Source of the DNA: Candidatus Shapirobacteria bacterium
GTDB taxonomy: Bacteria > Patescibacteriota > Microgenomatia > UBA12405
Length of the DNA stretch: 64,000 nt
Direction of reading: 5' to 3'
NCBI GenBank assembly: GCA_030698565.1
Contig: JAUYJS010000008.1
Coordinates: 86,513 to 150,512 of the forward strand
A program made the translations under genes and the position numbers. Below the pieces are notes generated by a model. It had not been told where the DNA came from, ran no database searches, and worked only from the letters and a program-made list of their open reading frames with translations. Positions within the stretch are counted from its first letter, which is position 1. Every line of letters begins with the position of its first letter. Of this stretch, positions 29,046-40,252 are shown one piece after another.

Positions 29046-29585
29046 ATGAAAATTCTGCATTATTCCGACGCTGGTTCGCCTGATTTTTTAAAGTTATATT
29101 CCGAGGCTGATATTTTAATTACCACTGGCGACTTATCTCTTTTTGACTTCGCCGGGTTGGAAAATATCTCTCCCGAAATTCCCAGTTTCGGCGTTTATGG
29201 CAACCACGATACAAGAGGATATTTAGAGCAATTAAATATACTAAATTTACACAACAAAATTGTCGAATTTAATGGCCTAAAACTTGGCGGCTTTCAGGGT
29301 TGTTTGCAATACAAAGAAACCAGTGAATTTCAATTTTCCGAAAACGAAGCCAAAGTTTTTGCCGACACCTTTCCTTATGTCGACATACTATTACTACATG
29401 TCGGCCCCAAAGGCATGCTCGATGCCCCCGACCCAGTTCACCAAGGCTCGGAACATATTCGCCGCTATGTTTTGGAAAAACAACCTAAATTTATTTTCGT
29501 CGGCCACGAGCACAGCACAGCTAATTTACAAGTCGGTCCAACTAAAATTTATCGGACTTTCCGAACCTCCCTCTTGACGATCTAG
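29046..29585 (+). CDS. Calcineurin-like metallophosphoesterase
   Basis: 'GDLS', 'GNHD' and 'GHEH' motifs in order. Confidence 0.7.
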   Translation: MKILHYSDAGSPDFLKLYSEADILITTGDLSLFDFAGLENISPEIPSFGVYGNHDTRGYLEQLNILNLHNKIVEFNGLKLGGFQGCLQYKETSEFQFSENEAKVFADTFPYVDILLLHVGPKGMLDAPDPVHQGSEHIRRYVLEKQPKFIFVGHEHSTANLQVGPTKIYRTFRTSLLTI

Positions 29586-29673
29586 CTTAGCTTGCATACA
29601 ATATTAGCAGTCTTCTCTTTTGAGTGATAAAATAAGTTTATAAGTATAAATTAATAATTAATATCAACCAAAT

Positions 29674-29976
29674 ATGTCAGATACGAAATCAAAAATAATT
29701 CCTGCTGCCGGTTACATTTTAGTTCAACCTCAAAAAAAGGAAAAAACCACTGCCTCTGGCATAGTTTTACCTGATTCTCATGAAGATAAGCCACAACAAG
29801 GCATAGTCTTGGCTGTTGGTAATGATTTTGTGAGTGATTATGGCACCAAAAAAAGTGCTCCTTGCCAGATTAATGATGTTGTTATTTACCGCGAATGGGG
29901 TGGCAAAGAATATAAAGAAGGTAGTATTGAACTTTTAATTTTAAAGTTCGACGATATCATGGCTACCATAAAATAA
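29674..29976 (+). CDS. groES: Co-chaperonin GroES
   Basis: 100 aa containing 'ILVQPQKKEKTTASGIVLPDS'. Immediately upstream of groEL. Confidence 0.9.
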   Translation: MSDTKSKIIPAAGYILVQPQKKEKTTASGIVLPDSHEDKPQQGIVLAVGNDFVSDYGTKKSAPCQINDVVIYREWGGKEYKEGSIELLILKFDDIMATIK

Positions 29977-30050
29977 AAATTGCCCTTTTTAAGGGAAATG
30001 TCCCGAAGGGACAAAGGGTTTTATACATTTAAAAATTAGTAATTAAATAA

Positions 30051-31715
<1,665 letters not shown>

Positions 31716-31744
31716 AAATATTATTATAAATAATAGGGGCGTAT

Positions 31745-31774
31745 TACAATACGCCCCTATTTTGATTATGTACC
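31745..31774 (+). terminator. Rho-independent terminator of groESL
   Basis: Perfect hairpin AGGGGCGTATTACAATACGCCCCT followed by ATTTTG. Confidence 0.75.
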
Positions 31775-31789
31775 GAATCTGAAGCTATC

Positions 31790-32400
31790 TCCGCCGGACT
31801 CCAAAAATCCAAAGACTGTCCAATAAGATAACCATATATCCCATAACTTGAATTAAATTTATTTCCGTGTTATATTCCGCATACATTGTCATACAAGACA
31901 TTGGTCCTTTAAAACAAACCTCAGCAGGTGATTATTTTCAGAACAACCAAAAGTTGTTTTGTTAGACTCAGGGATCCAAATCAGAATTCGGGAGGTCAAA
32001 TTTTAGTGTCCACAAATCCGAGTTCCAAGAAAAATCCGAAGGTCAAAGTTACTATTGGTCCTTCTGGTCGGGTAGTGAGGGAACTCGTCTCTCACCCCGT
32101 GTTCGACGTACCTGGTCCCAAGCAGTTTAAGGTCGCTACCCATAGTAACCTTAAACTAGTCAGCGCCGAATCAGGAGAATACTCTCCTCCAGAGAGGCCG
32201 ACTCACTATCCCATGGTTCACAGTTGCACCTGCTGAATCCCTTCCGTAAAGATAAACTGAACATTCTATCTCGTTGCGAGGTAGGGCTTGTTCAATTTTT
32301 CTTGTGAAACAGGAGAGGGAACGGACGACACAATCCAACACTGTAAGCTTTCAGCTTGCAATCCATCTACGTATGTCTCCCCGTTCCCTCCCCGTTCCTT
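31790..32400. ncRNA. Candidate structured ncRNA of unassigned class. The region is GC-enriched and free of convincing ORFs.
   Basis: About 610 bp between the convergent genes groEL and idi. GC content is well above the flanks. Many stable hairpins, e.g. GTTTAAGGT..ACCTTAAAC, GGAGAATACTCTCC, GAGGGAACGG..CCGTTCCCTC and AAGCTTTCAGCTT. The only ORF, 31928-32236, looks non-coding. Confidence 0.3.
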
Positions 32401-32402
32401 TC

Positions 32403-32942
32403 TTAAATTTCCAACAATTTTTCGTTTTCTCCTCGTCTTTTATTTAATTCCTTCAAAGTTACCTTGAACCAAAAAGTATAACTGCCTGGATTTTTATTTA
32501 CATCTTCATTTAAATTTTCCCAACTAATCCATTTCCAATCTTCTGCCTCATCGCGGTTAATTATCGGGTCTTCATCATATTTGCCTATAAATACATGCAA
32601 GTATTCATTTTCACTTAATCCATGGTCTAGTTTAATTTGATATTTATATTCAAAAACTTCTTTTAATTTACAATCAAACCCCATTTCTTCTCCAAGTCTT
32701 CTATGGGCTGCTGCCAAAGTATTTTCTTCTGGTCGGGGATGGCTGCAACAAGTATTCGTCCACAATCCACCACTATGATATTTGCTCAATGCTCTTTGTT
32801 GCAACATTGTTTCGCCTTTTTCGTTGAAAATTAAAATCGAAAATGCTCGATGCCTTTTGCCATCACCCTCATGCGCCTTCATTTTTTCTTCAATTCCAAT
32901 TTGTTGATCATTTTCATCGACCAAAATTACAAAATCAGCCAT
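32403..32942 (-). CDS. idi: Isopentenyl-diphosphate delta-isomerase, type 1 (NUDIX fold)
   Basis: 'WTNTCCSHPRPEENTLAAAHRRLGEEMGF' matches the IDI-1 active-site region. Confidence 0.85.
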   Translation of the reverse strand: MADFVILVDENDQQIGIEEKMKAHEGDGKRHRAFSILIFNEKGETMLQQRALSKYHSGGLWTNTCCSHPRPEENTLAAAHRRLGEEMGFDCKLKEVFEYKYQIKLDHGLSENEYLHVFIGKYDEDPIINRDEAEDWKWISWENLNEDVNKNPGSYTFWFKVTLKELNKRRGENEKLLEI

Positions 32943-33036
32943 AAATTTATTTAAAATTAATTTCTAATTATATCTTTAGTAGTTATTTTAGTTCAAATTC
33001 ATTCGCTTCTGGTAAAATAGGAAGATTTATATAAGT

Positions 33037-33109
33037 GACCCGGTAGCCAAGCGGTTAGGCAGTGGTCTGCAAAACCATATAGATGGGTTCAACTCCCGTC
33101 CGGGTCTCA
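33037..33109 (+). tRNA. tRNA-Cys(GCA)
   Basis: Acceptor GACCCGG/CCGGGUC, anticodon loop CUGCAAA, T-loop UUCAACU. Confidence 0.85.
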
Positions 33110-33114
33110 AAATC

Positions 33115-33582
33115 TTAATCATTCCTATTTTTAATTTCCATTTCCAAAATTTCCTCATTTTCTCCAAACACAAATATTGCTTCGATTTTTTCTCCACTCA
33201 AAACTTTTGGTAACCAAAATCTATCATCAACCCACATTTTATCGTAAGGAATTTTGTCTATGTCGTACCACATCGGCGCCATTTCTTCCGATTCTTGCGG
33301 TTCATTTTCCCATTCATTAATTTTATAAACCACCACTTCCTGGTTCCAATCTTGATTATTTTTAAAATAAAATTTTATTTTTGCCACCAGCTCTTGATTT
33401 TTAAATACCACCCCTATTTCTTCCATAATTTCTCTTTTTAAAGTTTCTTCGATTAATTCTCCATCATTTGGTTTTCCGCCAACCCCATTCCATTTTCCCG
33501 CCCCAAAACCTCTCTTTTTCATGGCCAATAAAATTTGATTGTCTTTAATTAAAAATCCTAATGTTGTTTGCCTTAAATTCAT
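33115..33582 (-). CDS. NUDIX hydrolase (MutT-like)
   Basis: Nudix box 'GGKPNDGELIEETLKREIMEEIGV'. Confidence 0.75.
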   Translation of the reverse strand: MNLRQTTLGFLIKDNQILLAMKKRGFGAGKWNGVGGKPNDGELIEETLKREIMEEIGVVFKNQELVAKIKFYFKNNQDWNQEVVVYKINEWENEPQESEEMAPMWYDIDKIPYDKMWVDDRFWLPKVLSGEKIEAIFVFGENEEILEMEIKNRND

Positions 33583-33617
33583 AATCTATTTTACTACCGC
33601 TTATTATTATCTACTGG

Positions 33618-34337
33618 TTGTATACTCTTTTCCATATGGTCAGAAAAAAACGTCAACGCGAAAAAATTATTGCCTTTGTTGGTCCGATGAATGCCAGGAA
33701 GACACTTCTTTTAATCGATCATATTTTGGCTTCAGAAGCGGTTAATCTTCAGGTCGATGTATTTAAACCAGCCATTGACAATCGTTACCCTGAAAATATT
33801 ATTCGATCAGGTGCTGGTGGTGAACATCAAGCCATTCCCGTGGCCAACTCCAAACAAATATTAGACCATATTTTTTGCACTCCCAATCGCCCTTTGCCCG
33901 ATTTAGTCGCCATTGATGAAGCCCAATTTTTTGATGAAAATATTGGCAAAGTAATTACCTATCTTTCTGAACACGGCATAGAAGTAGCCTTTTCTGGATT
34001 AAATATGGATTTTAAAGGTGAAGCTTTCCCTTCCATGAAAGACTTGATGCCCCTAGCCACCAGAATAGAGCTATTGACTGCCAGATGCACTTATTGTCAC
34101 AAAGACGGTCGTAGTTGCGGTGCCCCAGCCACCATGACCCACCGACTTATTGATGGTAAGCCCGCACCTTACAACAGTCCTTTAGTGGTAATCGAGTCTA
34201 CTAGCCCATCAAAAATTACCTACGAAGCTAGGTGCCTAAATCACTGGACAGTGCCAGGAAAACCCAAAATAGAAATGTGTCTAGATTCAGACGCCCATTG
34301 TTTGGATGATCACTGTACGATCTCGCGAGCAATCTAA
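33618..34337 (+). CDS. tdk: Thymidine kinase
   Basis: P-loop 'FVGPMNARKT' and a C-terminal zinc ribbon 'CTYCHKDGRSCGAP'. Confidence 0.85.
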   Translation: MYTLFHMVRKKRQREKIIAFVGPMNARKTLLLIDHILASEAVNLQVDVFKPAIDNRYPENIIRSGAGGEHQAIPVANSKQILDHIFCTPNRPLPDLVAIDEAQFFDENIGKVITYLSEHGIEVAFSGLNMDFKGEAFPSMKDLMPLATRIELLTARCTYCHKDGRSCGAPATMTHRLIDGKPAPYNSPLVVIESTSPSKITYEARCLNHWTVPGKPKIEMCLDSDAHCLDDHCTISRAI

Positions 34338-34742
34338 TTCAATCGCCAAAATCCTCTGCCAAATACCAAGCATTAATTTACCATCAATAATAGGAACGAC
34401 CTCTGAATTCCTCATTAAAAAATGAGTGCAATGTGAATGGCCATTTAAACAATCTGAAGCAGTTGGATCACACACTAAATTCTCAGTTCTAATACTCAAA
34501 TCGTTATGACGATAATAAGTTTCTTTGGGAATTAATTTACACAAAAGATCCTTAAAATCAGCAAAGATACCTCTCTCGCTTTCATTAATGCAAATAGCCA
34601 AAGTCGTGTGGGTCGAATAAACCAAGACTTGACCATTTTTAATTTTGCTTTGCAGAACGAATTTTTCTACATCTTTAGTTAAATCAATAAAATCAATATA
34701 ACTATTACTTTTTAATTTAACGACATTATTAATAATTTTCAT
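34287..34742 (-). CDS. Hypothetical protein. Its 3' end overlaps tdk by 51 nt, so the real extent is uncertain.
   Basis: 151-aa ORF with Cys/His-rich patches. Confidence 0.35.
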   Translation of the reverse strand: MKIINNVVKLKSNSYIDFIDLTKDVEKFVLQSKIKNGQVLVYSTHTTLAICINESERGIFADFKDLLCKLIPKETYYRHNDLSIRTENLVCDPTASDCLNGHSHCTHFLMRNSEVVPIIDGKLMLGIWQRILAIELDCSRDRTVIIQTMGV

Positions 34743-34841
34743 GTTAATTTGGTCGTAAAATTTCAGGCAAACACCCGGTCTTCTTTGATATCAATCCTAT
34801 CTCAATCTCCAGTTCAATGGCACATGACTTTCGTTTATTTT

Positions 34842-35183
34842 TTATACCTTTTTAAATACTTTAAAAATCCAAAATGCGATATAAGAAAATGCTAGTAATT
34901 CTATCAGTACAATAAAAGCAAAAACAGCTCCGACCGAGCTTACTAATTCTCCATAGCGATAATGATCCCAAAAATACCGAGCCGTGGCATAAATAATAGC
35001 GGGGGAGACCGCGGTTAATGCTAATAAAAATATTTGAGATTTATCCCTATCTTTAATCAAAGTTTTTAAAGTCAAAAATGGTTCGTAAACCAAATGATAT
35101 AAATTGCACAGGAGTTTCCATATTTGTCTGACCGCAATCAAAAATCCCAGTTTAATAATCTTTTTAATTCTTTTTTTGATCAT
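34842..35183 (-). CDS. Small membrane protein, putative anti-sigma factor partner
   Basis: Lies immediately downstream of the ECF sigma factor and overlaps it. Three TM helices. Confidence 0.4.
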   Translation of the reverse strand: MIKKRIKKIIKLGFLIAVRQIWKLLCNLYHLVYEPFLTLKTLIKDRDKSQIFLLALTAVSPAIIYATARYFWDHYRYGELVSSVGAVFAFIVLIELLAFSYIAFWIFKVFKKV

Positions 35184-35664
35184 AATTCCATTTTTGTCGA
35201 AATTTTAATTTAGCCCGCAATAATCTTGATTCGACCGCTTTAATACTCATTTCCAGTTTTTCGGCTATCTCGTTAATTTTGAATCCGTCTATATACTTTA
35301 GTCGCAGAATATGACTATAACCTTTGTTTATTTCAGCGAATGTTTTTTTTATTTCATCTTTTAATTCATTTTTTAGTACATCTCTTTCCGGACTCAAGGC
35401 TTCATCAGCAATTTCTTCAAAAAATGGACTAACAGAAAACAAAATTGTTTTTAATTTCTTTTTCCGGTAATAATCAATAATTTTGTGCTTAGCGATACTA
35501 CATAGCCAGCTAAATTCCGAGCATTTATGATTAAAGGCAGAATAGGTACTTATCCCCGCCATTAATACATCATTGCTCAATTCTTCCACCACATCCTCAT
35601 CATCAATTTTTTGGGCAATAAATCCTCGAACGCCCAAATAGTACTTTTGGTACAAATCTTCCAT
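35164..35664 (-). CDS. ECF-subfamily RNA polymerase sigma-70 factor
   Basis: Region 2 'FSWLCSIAKHKIIDYYRKK' and region 4 'ILRLKYIDGFKINEIAEKLEMSIKAVESRLLRAKLKFR'. Confidence 0.8.
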   Translation of the reverse strand: MEDLYQKYYLGVRGFIAQKIDDEDVVEELSNDVLMAGISTYSAFNHKCSEFSWLCSIAKHKIIDYYRKKKLKTILFSVSPFFEEIADEALSPERDVLKNELKDEIKKTFAEINKGYSHILRLKYIDGFKINEIAEKLEMSIKAVESRLLRAKLKFRQKWNYDQKKN

Positions 35665-35725
35665 TATGGTCTAATGTAGCACACTGGATCAAAATTTGTA
35701 ATTTTGTCAACCGTGTCACCCTGTA

Positions 35726-35847
35726 GAGACGCATTGAATGCGTCTCAAAATATAATTTATAAAAATATGGGTAGGGGCGTATTGCAATACGCCCCTACAA
35801 AAACAATAAATTCATTCACGTACGGACAGGTCGCGACCTGTCCGTAC
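35726..35847. repeat. Three consecutive perfect palindromic hairpins in a divergent intergenic region
   Basis: GAGACGCATTGAATGCGTCTC (35726-35746), GTAGGGGCGTATTGCAATACGCCCCTAC (35771-35798) and GTACGGACAGGTCGCGACCTGTCCGTAC (35820-35847). Each is followed by AAAA(A)C. The second is nearly identical to the groEL terminator stem. Confidence 0.7.
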
Positions 35848-35941
35848 AAAAACGAATCAATAAAAACATAAAATCATTACATCCCAATACTGGGAAAATT
35901 ATGGAATCATACCTCTTTATTTTTGATAGAATAGGACAACA

Positions 35942-37720
35942 ATGAGCAAGGAACTTTTGGAAATAATTTCGGGTTTCAAAAGAACATTCCACCTGATGGA
36001 TCGTTCGGAAAAGATAACTCTGGTTATATCCTCAACTCTAATGCTCACCACCGGTATTCTCACTAACTTACCTGCCATTATTTTGGGACGATTGGTAGAC
36101 AAACTCACTGAATCGGCCAATATTCAATTTAGTTGGGCGTTACCTTTTATTTTATTAATAGTAGTAATTATCATTGTCCGTGAGGTATTGACTGTCATTA
36201 GAAAATATTTAGTAGAAAACATTGCCACCCAAACAGAAAAGAAACAAACTGTTGCCGTAATTAGTCATCTTCTTAAGGCAGACATTGCTGTCATCAACCA
36301 GCAGCAAATTGGTTCCCTCCACGGAAAAATTTTCCGTTCTATTCAAGGGTTAGTTAAAATAATTAAACTTGGTTTTCTTGATTTTTTTCCAGTTTTCTTC
36401 AGTGGTATGGCTGCTATTGCTATTGCTCTTTTGCAAAAACCATTATTAGCATCAGTAATGATTCTGGTCATACCTACTGGATTATTTATTATTTTCAAAC
36501 AATTATCATCTCAAAAAGGACTTCGGGTTGCCTTCCTTAGGAAACAGGAAACTATTGATGGTGCTGTTGTAGAAATGCTTGGTGGTTTAGAAACCGTTCG
36601 GGTGAATGATACCACTGATTTGGAAGTTAAGAAGGTAGAACTGGTTGCAGAAGAATTGCGGGCAAAAGAAATAAAACACCATATTTCTATGGCTTTGTTT
36701 GATTCGGCAAAATACCTAAACGAAGGTTTTTTCTATATCTTGGTCATCAGTTTATCAATCCTTTTTTCCGCTCAAGGCTTAATCAGTAGGGGAGATATTT
36801 TGGTTTATTCAATTTTGTTTTTAAGTATTACTGGCCCCTTAAGAGAAATCCATCGCATTCTTGACGAAGCTCACGAGAGTTCGATCAGGGTTAACGATTT
36901 ATATGAGTTATTAGACGAGCCGATTGATGAGTCGTTTAAAACTGTTACTCAAAAATTAAAACCGACCCCCGCTGTTCTCCAAGTCAAGAATTTGTCATTT
37001 ACTTATCCTGATAAAACTAAAAAGGTTATCGATGATATTAGTTTAACCATCAAACAAGGAGAAAAAATTGGCATTGCCGGTGCTTCTGGTTGTGGCAAAT
37101 CAACCATGATAAAAATCATCCTTCGCTTAGTTCACGACTATTCAGGGGACATGTTTCTTTTTGGTCAGGATTTAAAAAGCATTTCCCGATCTCAAATTGC
37201 TCAAAAAGTTGCCTATATTCCTCAGAAAAGTTATGTCTTCTCCGGAACAATTAAGGAGAATATTGTTTACGGTTGCCAAAATAAAGTTTCCGAAGAAGAA
37301 ATCGTTTCTGCTGCTAAAAAAGCCAATATTTATAATGAAATTATTGATTCTTTGGGTGGTCTCAGCGGCCGGGTGGGGGAAAACGGTAACAATTTAAGTG
37401 GCGGTCAAAAACAGCGATTAACTATTGCCCGATTAATTTTAAAATCTCCGGATTTATTTATTTTTGATGAAGCTACTTCTGCTTTAGACAATACCAACGA
37501 AGTTCTTATTCAGAAAAATATTGAGAAACTATTTAAAGATAAAACGATGATTACTATTGCCCATCGCCTAACTTCTTTAAAAAATAGTGATCGAATATTC
37601 GTCCTTAATAAAGGCACAATAGCCCAGGAGGGGACTTTTGATATGCTTGCAAACCAAAAAGGACTATTTCAAGATTTCCTAAATCAGAAAGAAGAAACAA
37701 TTCTACAATCCCACAATTAA
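35942..37720 (+). CDS. ABC transporter, fused permease/ATPase exporter
   Basis: 'GASGCGKST', 'LSGGQKQRLTIARL', 'FIFDEATSALD'. Confidence 0.9.
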   Translation: MSKELLEIISGFKRTFHLMDRSEKITLVISSTLMLTTGILTNLPAIILGRLVDKLTESANIQFSWALPFILLIVVIIIVREVLTVIRKYLVENIATQTEKKQTVAVISHLLKADIAVINQQQIGSLHGKIFRSIQGLVKIIKLGFLDFFPVFFSGMAAIAIALLQKPLLASVMILVIPTGLFIIFKQLSSQKGLRVAFLRKQETIDGAVVEMLGGLETVRVNDTTDLEVKKVELVAEELRAKEIKHHISMALFDSAKYLNEGFFYILVISLSILFSAQGLISRGDILVYSILFLSITGPLREIHRILDEAHESSIRVNDLYELLDEPIDESFKTVTQKLKPTPAVLQVKNLSFTYPDKTKKVIDDISLTIKQGEKIGIAGASGCGKSTMIKIILRLVHDYSGDMFLFGQDLKSISRSQIAQKVAYIPQKSYVFSGTIKENIVYGCQNKVSEEEIVSAAKKANIYNEIIDSLGGLSGRVGENGNNLSGGQKQRLTIARLILKSPDLFIFDEATSALDNTNEVLIQKNIEKLFKDKTMITIAHRLTSLKNSDRIFVLNKGTIAQEGTFDMLANQKGLFQDFLNQKEETILQSHN

Positions 37721-37749
37721 AATCAAATTCGGCATATAATTTCAAAATA

Positions 37750-38406
37750 ATGGCAGAAATATTATTTGATAATCGTATTGCTTGGGAAATATCTAAAATC
37801 TCAAAAATAAAAAAATATTTTAAATTTTTCTTTTTTGGGCTAATTCCCCTTTATTTTTTAGCTGTTCCGTTCTTAATATTTATCGAACGTGAACACGGTA
37901 TTTTGCGGGTTAGAGTACCAGTAAATTTTAATTTTCATCAATCATTAGATATCTATTTAATCGGTCTTTTTACATTAATAAGTATTTTCTTGATTGTTAT
38001 TTTTATAGTTTATCTTTTTAGTCCAAACGAATCTTATATTATTGATCAACAAGGTATGGTTAAAACCATTAACAGCTTATCTAAAAGATATTCTTGGTCA
38101 GATTTAATTGAATTTTATAGTTATTCTAATTTAGTCGATCGCAAACAGTGTTCGATTAAAAATCTCCCTAGTGGAACTTTTGTTAAAGTAAATTCACACG
38201 CAATTAAAAACCTGCCTATTTTTGATTATCCAATTATTTGTATATCGATTAAAAAGCAGAATACCTCTTCAAATAACGGTAATAAAATTTTAATGATTAG
38301 AACACTGCCGGAAAACTTTAAGCAAGTAATAATATTTTTAAGTCGAAAATTACCGATCTTTTTTCCCGAGTATATTACAAAAGGTCTTTTCAGTCATTTT
38401 GAATGA
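37750..38406 (+). CDS. Hypothetical membrane protein
   Basis: Two TM helices. Follows the ABC exporter. Confidence 0.45.
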   Translation: MAEILFDNRIAWEISKISKIKKYFKFFFFGLIPLYFLAVPFLIFIEREHGILRVRVPVNFNFHQSLDIYLIGLFTLISIFLIVIFIVYLFSPNESYIIDQQGMVKTINSLSKRYSWSDLIEFYSYSNLVDRKQCSIKNLPSGTFVKVNSHAIKNLPIFDYPIICISIKKQNTSSNNGNKILMIRTLPENFKQVIIFLSRKLPIFFPEYITKGLFSHFE

Positions 38407-38457
38407 TATCTGATATTCAAAATTGTATTTTATAACCTGGATTTTATATACTGAATT

Positions 38458-39282
38458 ATGTTTTATTCTGTTCGCCATCCGTTACAAAAACTTTCCACCG
38501 AATTAAGACTAGATTTATTGGATTTGATTTATCAAAACGGTGGCCATATTGGCGGTTCATTATCATCACTAGATTTAATGGTTGCAGTTTATTTTGGCAA
38601 AATATTTGATCTAAAAAAAGATAAATTTATCCTATCCGCTGGTCATATTTGTCCAGCTCTTTATACGGTTTTAGCAAAAGCCGGTTATTTTTCCCAAGAA
38701 AAACTAAAGACTTACAGTCAGTTTAAATCCTTTTTGCAAGGCCACGTGTCAACTGAAACACCCGGAGTCAATTATTCTTCCGGTTCGCTTGGCCAAGGAT
38801 TATCTTTTTCCGCCGGCTTAGCCCTGGGCAATAAAAAAAATATGGCAATTTGTTTGACTTCCGACGGGGAGCACCAGGAAGGCCAGGTCTGGGAAGCGGC
38901 CATGTTTGCCGCCAAATATCATTTGGGTAATTTAATTAATATCGTTGACGTTAACCGATTTCAAATTGATGGCAGTACCGATGAAATCATGCCACTCAAA
39001 AATCTAGCCGCCAAATATATTCAATTTGGTTGGACTGTGACTACTGTCAATGGTCACAACTTTAATCAAATTTTAAAAGCCCTTAACAAAGCCAAAAATT
39101 CGACTTATCCAAACTGCATTATCGCTCAAACTACGTTTGGTAAAGGCATTTCTTTTATGGAAAATAATTATCATTTTCATGATGTTAAAAATCTTTCCGC
39201 CGACCAATATTCGGAGGCAAAAAAGGAATTGATGAATATCAATTCCCGTAGAGACGTATTGCATACGTCTCAATCCAAATGA
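38458..39282 (+). CDS. Transketolase, N-terminal (thiamine-diphosphate-binding) subunit
   Basis: 'GGHIGGSLSSLDLMVAVYFG' and 'SDGEHQEGQVWEA'. Followed by a separate C-terminal subunit gene. Confidence 0.85.
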   Translation: MFYSVRHPLQKLSTELRLDLLDLIYQNGGHIGGSLSSLDLMVAVYFGKIFDLKKDKFILSAGHICPALYTVLAKAGYFSQEKLKTYSQFKSFLQGHVSTETPGVNYSSGSLGQGLSFSAGLALGNKKNMAICLTSDGEHQEGQVWEAAMFAAKYHLGNLINIVDVNRFQIDGSTDEIMPLKNLAAKYIQFGWTVTTVNGHNFNQILKALNKAKNSTYPNCIIAQTTFGKGISFMENNYHFHDVKNLSADQYSEAKKELMNINSRRDVLHTSQSK

Positions 39283-39301
39283 TATTTAACGAAAATCAAA
39301 C

Positions 39302-40252
39302 ATGAACAATAATCAAAATTTATCATCTATTCGCCAGGCATTCGGTGACACCCTCCACCATCTGGCTACTCTTAATCCTAAAATTTTTGTCGTCGATGCC
39401 GATTTAAAATCTTCCTTATTTTTGGATAAATTTGCCACTGATTTTCCCGACCGTTTTATTGAATGCGGTGTGGCCGAAGCCAATGCTGCCGGGATTGCGG
39501 CTGGTTTGGCAAAAACCGATAAAACTGTTTTTTTAACTTCCTTTGCCTGTTTTTCTCCGGCCATCAATTGGAACACGATCAAACAATCAATTTGTTACAA
39601 CAATGCCAATGTCAAAATTATCGGTTCCCACTCTGGTTTAATGAGTACTGATCTAGGGGCCACTCACCAGATGCTCGAAGACGTCGGCCTTATGCGTTCG
39701 CTTCCCAACATGGAAGTTTTTGCTCCGCTTGATGCTATCGAAACCGAAAAAATTATAAAAACCGCTGCTCATAGCCCCCACCCGGCCTATATACGTTTGG
39801 TTCGGCCACCAACAGAAATCATGTTTGATAAAAAATCAAGCTTTACTATCGGTAAATCTCATGTTCTCAAAAAAGGCAAAGATCTAACTATAATCGGTTA
39901 TGGACCAATTCTAAATCTAGCTTTTCAGTCTCAAAAATTACTCAAGGAAAAGGGTAAAAATATAAGTATTGAAATAATAAATTGTTCATCAATAAAACCC
40001 TTAGACACTATTACTATTTTGAAAAGTGTTAAAAAAACCAAAAGATTAATTGTACTTGAAGACCATCAAAAGCAAGGGGGATTGGGCGAAGCTGTCGCCT
40101 CCTTGGTTTTAAGTAATAATTTAAACTGTCATTTTGCTCATCTAGCTGTCGATAATAAATTTGGTCAGTCCAGCAAAGATGTCGACGAACTTTACAACCA
40201 TTTTGGTATTAGCCTTAATCATTTAATGGAAACAATTAAAAAAATCTTATGA
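39302..40252 (+). CDS. Transketolase, C-terminal (pyrimidine-binding) subunit
   Basis: 'ECGVAEANAAGIAAGLA' and 'SHSGLMSTDLGATHQMLEDV'. Confidence 0.85.
   Translation: MNNNQNLSSIRQAFGDTLHHLATLNPKIFVVDADLKSSLFLDKFATDFPDRFIECGVAEANAAGIAAGLAKTDKTVFLTSFACFSPAINWNTIKQSICYNNANVKIIGSHSGLMSTDLGATHQMLEDVGLMRSLPNMEVFAPLDAIETEKIIKTAAHSPHPAYIRLVRPPTEIMFDKKSSFTIGKSHVLKKGKDLTIIGYGPILNLAFQSQKLLKEKGKNISIEIINCSSIKPLDTITILKSVKKTKRLIVLEDHQKQGGLGEAVASLVLSNNLNCHFAHLAVDNKFGQSSKDVDELYNHFGISLNHLMETIKKIL

Noticed and set aside
31928-32236. 102-aa ORF in the groEL-idi gap
   Set aside because: It lies in a GC-rich structured region, its protein composition is non-protein-like, and no RBS is evident. A long open frame by chance is likely given the reduced stop-codon frequency at higher GC.
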